Positions 25,694 to 32,000 of a stretch of DNA of 32,000 bases are shown here, in pieces. Position numbers and translations under genes: made by a program. Numbering within the stretch: the first letter of the stretch is position 1; each line of letters opens with the position of its first letter. Source of the DNA: Candidatus Saccharimonadota bacterium (GTDB taxonomy: Bacteria; Bacteroidota; Bacteroidia; Cytophagales; Amoebophilaceae). Where the stretch lies: contig NZ_OZ034918.1 of the NCBI RefSeq assembly GCF_964030745.1, forward strand, positions 210,001-242,000. The letters run 5' to 3'. The notes beneath the pieces were generated by a model. That model searched no databases. It worked only from the letters and a program-made list of their open reading frames with translations, and was not told the DNA's origin.

Positions 25694-27002
25694 TTGAGGC
25701 CGTTGTGATAGGTTGAAGGTATAATTTTGATTAATCTTCCAGGGTTATTTCCTTGCCATATTTGATGTTATAGTGGTATAAAACTATTTATTTACTGATT
25801 TTTTAGTCATTTTCAATCTATTTTGGACACACCATTCCCCTAGATACCTCTTAATATGATGTTTGGGGACCTATATAAGTTATAGGCTATTGCCTCCATA
25901 ACATGTTGCGTATGGGTTTTAGCAAGGCCTATATATCTGGCTCCTGAGCTACGGAACCAACTTTTAATACTTCCAAATACCCGTTCTACTTTATAGCGCG
26001 TTTTAGATACTAATTTATTAAACCGTTTAGCAGTGGGTGATAAAGGATTGTTTCTAGCCCCTTTTTTCTGAATAGCTGATTTTAACTTCTTTTTCTTTAG
26101 TAAATTTTCGTTGGGCGACCCGCTATAGCCTTTATCTGCATAGAGTCTGCTGCCTGATTTTAGCCTTACTTTATCCAATAATACCTGTAAATGCCCACTA
26201 TCATGACTAGATGCTTTTGTGGTACCTACGGCTAGCACCAACCCCTCTTTGCTTTCCACAAGAACATGCCGCTTATAGCCATAGTAGAGATGATGGCCTT
26301 TTTTTATCCAACTTGCTTCTGGATCTACTCCTTTTTGATAACTTTCAGCTGTGGTTATGGTTCCATCTTCATGCAGATCGTAGCTTTTTTTACCTTTAGG
26401 GCGTCTAGGGGTAGGGGTAATAGAAGCATCTACAGCTGCTGAACCGTTTTGAACCAATACACCATGATCAGATAGCTGATTATTAATGATATGCAATAAC
26501 TTTTCTAAAGCATTCTTCTCTGTAAGGGTAGTTCTAAATCTACTTAGTACACTATGATCTGGAACAGAACTATCCATCGAAATACCACAAAATCTGCTAA
26601 AAGTGATACGATCATTCACTTCTTCTTCGACTGCATAGTCGCTCAAGCCATACCACGTCTGTAGCAATAGCATTTTGAATAGAAGCAGAGGACTATAGGC
26701 CGGTTTGCCTGATAAACGTAAACCTTTAGGATAATGTAATCGGAGTGCTTTTTCTACTACTGACCAATTAACTAGCTTGTTGATTTGATCAAAGAAAGTG
26801 TGTTTGCACTTACGCTTATTGGCGGAAATATCTGAAAAACTTAATTGCTTAGTTTGCTTGAGCGACATACACAATATTATTAAAAGTTTTAAGCATCAAT
26901 ACCTAAAAAAATCAATAGAATTTAACCTTTTTTTACCTTCTTCTAAAAAATAAAAAGATACTTTTTATGGCAAATCGTAAAGGTCTATTGCAACGGCCTC
27001 AA
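25694..27002 (-). mobile_element. IS5-family insertion sequence (~1.3 kb)
   Basis: The terminal inverted repeats are 'ttgaggccgttgtgatag' (25694-25711) and, as the reverse complement of 26985-27002, 'ttgaggccgttgcaatag'. They are 16/18 identical and bracket a single DDE transposase ORF. I could not define a target-site duplication in the A/T-rich flanks. Confidence 0.8.
25840..26874 (-). CDS. IS5-family DDE transposase
   Basis: 344 aa. An N-terminal InsH-like region (SPLLLFKMLLLQTWYGLSDYAVEEEVNDRITFSRFCGI) is followed by the DDE candidates AAVDASI, LYADKGYSG and KTRYKVERVFGSIK. Confidence 0.9.
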   Translation of the reverse strand: MCMSLKQTKQLSFSDISANKRKCKHTFFDQINKLVNWSVVEKALRLHYPKGLRLSGKPAYSPLLLFKMLLLQTWYGLSDYAVEEEVNDRITFSRFCGISMDSSVPDHSVLSRFRTTLTEKNALEKLLHIINNQLSDHGVLVQNGSAAVDASITPTPRRPKGKKSYDLHEDGTITTAESYQKGVDPEASWIKKGHHLYYGYKRHVLVESKEGLVLAVGTTKASSHDSGHLQVLLDKVRLKSGSRLYADKGYSGSPNENLLKKKKLKSAIQKKGARNNPLSPTAKRFNKLVSKTRYKVERVFGSIKSWFRSSGARYIGLAKTHTQHVMEAIAYNLYRSPNIILRGI

Positions 27003-27056
27003 TTTATTGCTTATTTCATTATACTATACAAAAAATGTGGATTTAAAAAAATCAAT

Positions 27057-30000
27057 ATGCATATCGATTTGGTGATTATAGGAATATTCTTAATCCTAAC
27101 ACTAGCCATTGGGCTCTATTGTAGTAAAGGGATTGCAACCTTCCAAGACTATGCGGTTGGGAATAGAAAAATGGGCCAATTTATAATTGCTATTTCCATA
27201 ATAGCCACCATTTATGGGGGTAGAAGTTTGCTTGCATTAGACGATTTCTATCAGGAAAGTATTTATAAAACGCTTGATTTAATTTATTTCATTATACTAG
27301 CCTTAGTATCAAGATGCATACTCTTAAGAATGAAAGCATTCGCAGGCCATTTTTCTATAGCTGAGTCAATGGGGAGCCTTTACGGTCCAACTGTTCGAGT
27401 GATCACAGCCATCTTTGGCATACTGCTATCCATTGCTATGTTAGCACCTCAGTTTAAGGTTAGCCTAAGTATTACAAATACCCTATGGCCTGATATAGAA
27501 GGGATTTCAGCCAACTCAGGTATCATTTTAGCACTACTTGTTATAAGCTATACAACATTGGGAGGAGCTAGAGCTGTAGCACTAACAGACATATATCAAT
27601 TTTTTCTTTTTGGCGTTTGCTTCCCTATCATGATTTTTATCTGTTTATACTATGCTAAAAAGCCACTAGCTAGTTGGCAACAGCTGGCTGAACTGCCACA
27701 ACTGGCTACTAAAGAGGCACTAAGGCTGCATAAGTTATTACAAGATGGCCTATATGCATGCGTATATGGTTTATGTCATCCATTTTTTCCTGCATGGATT
27801 CAACGATTTTATATGTCATCCTCTATACAACAAGCTTCAAAAGGGTTTTATATCAGTACTTTTATCCAAGTTATCCTTACTATAGTTTGTTTAAGCATTG
27901 TGATGGCGTTGCATGTAGGTAATCATCCTATCCCATCCAACGGACATGTTATAAACTATCTGGTTAACCTGGTGCACTTTCCCGGAATACGTGGCATCTT
28001 CATAACGGCTATTATTGCTTTACTGATGTCTACTGCTGACTCTTATCTGCATATTGCTTCTGTTCTATTTACAAATGATGTATTACCTGTACTATCTGGC
28101 TCAACCCAATGGGTAAAGCAACATGCACTCAAAATTGCACGTACTGCTTCTACTTTAATAGGTATAGTCAGTAGTTTTATGATGTTCAGTATCAATTATT
28201 TTATTGAATTCCGTAACTACATAATAAGCTGCTACCCTGCACTGGTTGTTCCATTCATCATGGCCATTTTGGGTTTTAGGCCCCGCTCAACTGCCATCGT
28301 ATTAACCATCGGAATGAATATAGCCATCATAGCCTATCATTTTTTTTATAAAATCACCTTATCAGCACCTTTTCATAAATCTTTTTACTTTAGCACAATT
28401 GCTTTGATTATCACACATTATCTCCTCCCTAAACGGCCTAATACTGGCTGGGTAGGTATCAAGGACCTTAGTCCACTGGATTTGGCAAATCAAGAGACCA
28501 AACGCTGGTGGCTAAGAAGGCTACAAGATGGGAAATTACCCTTTACTAAAGCCTATTGGCAAAGCCGCTTTCCAAAACGGAAATCCACCTTCATACTATT
28601 GGGCATCTATTTCATTATCCATACTTTTATAGCTCTTTGCTTTATGCAGAAAAGCTACTTTGCTCCTTATATCTATTGGTATATTCTGGTCATGGCCTTT
28701 GGAACGACCTTAGCTATTTATCCATCTTTTCATAGTTATCAGCAGGGTGGTCATCCCATACTCTACTTGGCATGGCCTGTTTTGTTATTTCTATTCCTTT
28801 TTGTTTCGAGTATACAATTTGCAAAGTTAGACTACTTTCGGCCAATGGTTTTTGCATTGTTGATAGCTAGCCTAACTTTAGGCAGTGTGCTTGCTTCCTT
28901 AAAAATAGCCATTGGTATGTTGGTGCTAGCTATGATACTCCACCTATTTGTACCACCTCATATACCTTTTTGGCATTCAATTTGGACCAACTATAATACA
29001 TTGTCTATTGAGCTTGTTTTTGCCACAGCGCTTTTGGTAGCTGCATTAATAGGTTTTGGAGCCTATAAATACCTACATGACAAAATGGATACACAATTTA
29101 AAATTATAGCGCTGAACCGAAACTACGAACGCAAAGCAGCGCTAGAAGCAATCTATAACCAAGTGAACTGGTCTAGACTCCACCCCATCTACAGTAGCAA
29201 GATGTTGCGGGAAACCGAAGCCATATTGCAAGCACCTTGTTACTACTTCCATACACATGGTCAAAGAAAACTTGAAATAGATCTAAACCTCTTCATGAAG
29301 AAATTACGCAAATTCAGCAATGTACTACTAAAAAGGGTAAAAGAAGAACGTATTCTAACACTCCATCAAAAAGCAGTACAACCAGTAGACATTAACCTGG
29401 CCATCTTAAAAGCACATCATACTACACGGGCATTAGGAGAACCTATAGCCCTACTTTTAAGGAACCAAACTAAGGTAACACATCTGATAGCAGACCCGTC
29501 ACTTTTTGAACGTCTTTTAACAATAAATCTATTGGGAATTAGCAAAAGTGAACAGATTACAGACCATATAGTCACCCTAACCATTGCTGATACCGTACTC
29601 CGTTACGATACTACACTGACCCTACCTGCACTAGCTTTTCTGATTAGTACCAATACAAGCATACACAATGTAGCACACACATATGATGTCACAGGCGAAA
29701 CACTCCATACCCACCTACCTAAAACAGAGCACCAACTTTATCAAGCAGAAAGCGGGCAAATTGTTCAAGCACATGGTGGGTACGACCTGATCATAGAACA
29801 GCAGGAGGCCTTAACATGTTGTTATGTATTGCCCATAGCTGGCCAAAACGTCATGCGCTTTAAAACCTACGATCCTACTGCCTTGGGGAACAAAACAAGT
29901 GAAACAGCAGAAAGCCTAGCGCAAGAAAAGGAATTGATCGCATCGCTTGCCACGGAAACAGCCTTGACCAAAGAGATAATAGAAAAGACCATTACGTTTA

Positions 30001-30497
30001 TTAAAAACGCCCACGGGCTGGTAACACGTAAATCTGGTGCACCTTACTATACCCATCCTATGGCAGTTGCCAAAATACTATTAGAAGTTACAAAAGATCC
30101 TACAACCCTCTTAGCAGGCTTGTTACACGACATAGTAGAAGACACACCAATTCCATTGGCCCAAATAGAGCTGATGTATGGTCCTGAGGTGGCCTATATT
30201 GTAGATATGGTGACCCACTACCATACCAGTGGTTATCGATGGAAATTAGATGACATAGAAAACAAAAGTCTATTGGAGCAATGTAAAGATATTCGTGTAG
30301 TACAGGTTAAGCTAGCCGATAGACTACACAATATCAGAACCTTACATTTTCGCAAACCAGCAGATCAAAAAAGAATTGCAAAAGAGACCATGGCATTTTA
30401 TATCCCATGGGCTAAAAAAAATAAAATTTTAAACTGGATAACCGAAATGAATGATATTTGCTGGGAAATTTTAAATAAGAAAGGAACAAAGTGGTGA
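27057..30497 (+). CDS. Multi-domain membrane protein, paralog 2: SSF-like domain, second TM block, degenerate HK-like module, and C-terminal RelA/SpoT-type HD (p)ppGpp hydrolase domain
   Basis: The track ORF begins at 26967, but its first 30 codons lie inside the IS right end. The ATG at 27057 (MHIDLVIIGIFLILTLAIGLY) aligns with the paralog 1 start (MQIDLVIVSLFLVLNILIGLY). The HD domain at about 29960-30440 reads YYTHPMAVAKILLE...LLAGLLHDIVEDT...VQVKLADRLHNIRTL...IAKETMAFYIPWA. Confidence 0.85.
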   Translation: MHIDLVIIGIFLILTLAIGLYCSKGIATFQDYAVGNRKMGQFIIAISIIATIYGGRSLLALDDFYQESIYKTLDLIYFIILALVSRCILLRMKAFAGHFSIAESMGSLYGPTVRVITAIFGILLSIAMLAPQFKVSLSITNTLWPDIEGISANSGIILALLVISYTTLGGARAVALTDIYQFFLFGVCFPIMIFICLYYAKKPLASWQQLAELPQLATKEALRLHKLLQDGLYACVYGLCHPFFPAWIQRFYMSSSIQQASKGFYISTFIQVILTIVCLSIVMALHVGNHPIPSNGHVINYLVNLVHFPGIRGIFITAIIALLMSTADSYLHIASVLFTNDVLPVLSGSTQWVKQHALKIARTASTLIGIVSSFMMFSINYFIEFRNYIISCYPALVVPFIMAILGFRPRSTAIVLTIGMNIAIIAYHFFYKITLSAPFHKSFYFSTIALIITHYLLPKRPNTGWVGIKDLSPLDLANQETKRWWLRRLQDGKLPFTKAYWQSRFPKRKSTFILLGIYFIIHTFIALCFMQKSYFAPYIYWYILVMAFGTTLAIYPSFHSYQQGGHPILYLAWPVLLFLFLFVSSIQFAKLDYFRPMVFALLIASLTLGSVLASLKIAIGMLVLAMILHLFVPPHIPFWHSIWTNYNTLSIELVFATALLVAALIGFGAYKYLHDKMDTQFKIIALNRNYERKAALEAIYNQVNWSRLHPIYSSKMLRETEAILQAPCYYFHTHGQRKLEIDLNLFMKKLRKFSNVLLKRVKEERILTLHQKAVQPVDINLAILKAHHTTRALGEPIALLLRNQTKVTHLIADPSLFERLLTINLLGISKSEQITDHIVTLTIADTVLRYDTTLTLPALAFLISTNTSIHNVAHTYDVTGETLHTHLPKTEHQLYQAESGQIVQAHGGYDLIIEQQEALTCCYVLPIAGQNVMRFKTYDPTALGNKTSETAESLAQEKELIASLATETALTKEIIEKTITFIKNAHGLVTRKSGAPYYTHPMAVAKILLEVTKDPTTLLAGLLHDIVEDTPIPLAQIELMYGPEVAYIVDMVTHYHTSGYRWKLDDIENKSLLEQCKDIRVVQVKLADRLHNIRTLHFRKPADQKRIAKETMAFYIPWAKKNKILNWITEMNDICWEILNKKGTKW

Positions 30498-30543
30498 ATG
30501 TATGCTGTCGTTCATGTCACTGGTTCATATTTACATAGAAATA

Positions 30544-31002
30544 CTATTCTAAGAATAGCTGCTTGTTTTTAACGAGTTGGATAACGGATAAAGTTTTTAC
30601 ATGGTCCACAAAAGGAAGTGCATAGATTTTTTCTACTACCATCGTCTGGTAACTAGATAAGTGGTCAACATAGACCATTAAAATAAAATCAAACTCACCT
30701 ATTACTTGATAGCAAGTTGTAATAGATGCTATTTTATCAACTGTCAGTTTAAACAATTTAACCTGTTCAGCTCTGGCTTGTTGAAGGCGAATGCCAACAA
30801 TTAGATGGACCAAGAAACCCAACTTAACATGATCCACTTGTACCCAATAATTGGTGATGATTCCATACTGTTCTAGCTTTTTTACCCGTTCAAGCGTAGC
30901 TGCAGGAGAGAGATTGATTTTTTGTGCAAGCGCCACATTGGTGATCTTTGAATCAACTTGAAGAATATTTAATATAAGTTTATCTGTTTTATCCAATTCC
31001 AT
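30544..31002 (-). CDS. Lrp/AsnC family transcriptional regulator
   Basis: MELDKTDKLILNILQVDSKITNVALAQKINLSPAATLERVKKLEQYGII is the HTH_AsnC region, followed by an RAM/AsnC_trans_reg-like domain (...VIGEFDFILMV...). The start is set at the ATG at 31002, because the 9 upstream codons of the track ORF lie in MITE-derived sequence. Confidence 0.9.
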   Translation of the reverse strand: MELDKTDKLILNILQVDSKITNVALAQKINLSPAATLERVKKLEQYGIITNYWVQVDHVKLGFLVHLIVGIRLQQARAEQVKLFKLTVDKIASITTCYQVIGEFDFILMVYVDHLSSYQTMVVEKIYALPFVDHVKTLSVIQLVKNKQLFLE

Positions 31003-31012
31003 TGTATCTGCT

Positions 31013-31094
31013 AATGAATTGTATTCCACTTTTTTCTTGATAAAGGTATCTATTCACGTCACTGGTTAATAATGAATTTTATTCCACTTTTTTC
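31013..31094. repeat. Partial tandem copies of the MITE family B 5' leader
   Basis: 31013-31045 is 'aatgaattgtattccacttttttcttgataaag'. 31046-31094 is 'gtatctattcacgtcactggttaataatgaattttattccacttttttc'. Both repeat the first ~50 bp of the full element that starts at 31095. Confidence 0.8.
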
Positions 31095-31344
31095 GTATCT
31101 ATTCACGTCACTGGTTAATAATGAATTGTATTCCACTTTTTTCTTGATAAAAAAGTGGACAAAAAATCAAGCCCTCGGTAAAAAGTTGGGGGACCTCACC
31201 CCTTACAGATGGAAAAACAGAAGTCGCCCGCTGCGCGGGCTTCAAAGGAATCTGTTTTTCCTAATCATCTGCAAGGGATGAGGCCTATTTCCCCACTTTT
31301 TACAGGGGCATTTTTCTACTATGGACATAGCGTTAAACGCATAC
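31095..31344. repeat. MITE family B copy (diverged arms)
   Basis: It has the same leader and the same central hairpin gcccgctgcgcgggc. The right end is 'catagcgttaaacgcatac'. Confidence 0.8.
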
Positions 31345-31605
31345 GCTACGTTTGGCTGAAAAAACAAGTGGCTAGTCCATTACCAGCCCCCGCGTCTCCT
31401 TCGATAAAAAAATGGCGCTCTAGTAAAACACTAACCCCTGAGCGATATCTTTTTCAGCGGATTAGAAAATCGTCTGTTTGAAGCCCGCTTGCGGGCTGAG
31501 TTCACGATTTTCCCGCTGAAAAAGATATCGATTCAGCTATTTACTATCGGGCCAGACTTTTTATCGAAGGAGATAAGGCGGCCAGCCAGAGGCGTGAATG
31601 GATAC
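31345..31605. repeat. MITE family A copy (reverse orientation) abutting family B
   Basis: The sequence '...ccagcccccgcgtctccttcgataaaaaaatggcgctctagtaaaaca...gaagcccgcttgcgggctgagttcacgattttcccgctgaaaaagatatcgattcagctatttactatcgggccagactttttatcgaaggagataaggcggccagccagaggcgtgaatggatac' is the reverse complement of 4611-4888. Confidence 0.85.
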
Positions 31606-31813
31606 CTTTTTTCTTGATAAAAAAGTGGACAAAAAATCAAGCCCTCGGTAAAAAGTTCCGGAAGCCACCCCTTACAGATGGGAAAACAGAAATCGCCCGC
31701 TGTGCGGGCTTCAAAGGAAGCTGTTTTTCCCAATCATCTGCAAGGGGTGGCTTCTATTTCGAAACTTTTTACAGGGGCATTTTATCACTATGGCCATAGT
31801 GTTGAACAGATAC
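31606..31813. repeat. MITE family B copy lacking the 5' leader
   Basis: Starts directly at 'cttttttcttgataaaaaagtggac', continues colinear with 25411-25618, and ends 'gttgaacagatac'. Confidence 0.85.
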
Positions 31814-32000
31814 TGATAAAGAAAGGGAGAAACACGTTTTCTGCCACAGTGCTGAACGGACACAAAAAAGCAAGTGGCTAATCCATTACCAGCAGCCGCG
31901 TCTCCTTCGATAAAAAAATGGCGCTCTAGTAAAACACGAACAGCTGAGCTATATATTTTTCAGCGGATTAGAAAATCGTCTGTGTGAAGCCCGCTTGCGG
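31814..32000. repeat. Solo terminal module plus another reverse-oriented family A copy, running off the window
   Basis: 'acgttttctgccacagtgctgaacggacac' matches the terminal module at 4909-4939. From about 31891, 'gccgcgtctccttcgataaaaaaatggcgctctagtaaaaca...gaagcccgcttgcgg' repeats 31390-31500. Confidence 0.8.

Noticed and set aside
31013-32000. Possible CRISPR array, given the dense repeats
   Set aside because: The repeat units are 200-260 bp, internally palindromic, of two alternating families, and abut without unique spacers of regular length. No cas genes are present in the window.

Overview
AT-rich bacterial chromosome segment. Gene content, including the DUF4290-murA pairing, together with the IS and MITE load suggests a Bacteroidota, possibly an Amoebophilus/Cardinium-like intracellular symbiont. 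That taxonomic call is inference only. The backbone is housekeeping: a partial OstA/LptA-like gene, lysS, accD, rmuC, an AddB-like nuclease, hslU, rseP, lon, mtaB, uvrD/pcrA, DUF4290, murA and an Lrp/AsnC regulator. Four things stand out. (1) Two tandem paralogous giant membrane proteins (22379-25270 and 27057-30497) combine a sodium:solute-symporter-like domain, a second TM block and a C-terminal module that reads like a histidine kinase with degenerate motifs. The second paralog also carries a complete SpoT/Mesh1-type (p)ppGpp-hydrolase HD domain, and I do not recognise this architecture. An IS5-family element and a MITE lie between the paralogs. (2) Nearly every larger intergenic gap holds 200-330 bp long-hairpin MITE-like elements. 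There are at least three families with related termini (GTATCTATTCAC-like) and a central GC hairpin, found nested, chimeric and in tandem arrays. (3) A truncated yoeB toxin remnant abuts one of these elements. (4) An orphan membrane-anchored protein has an internal two-module duplication. I found no rRNA, tRNA or CRISPR array.
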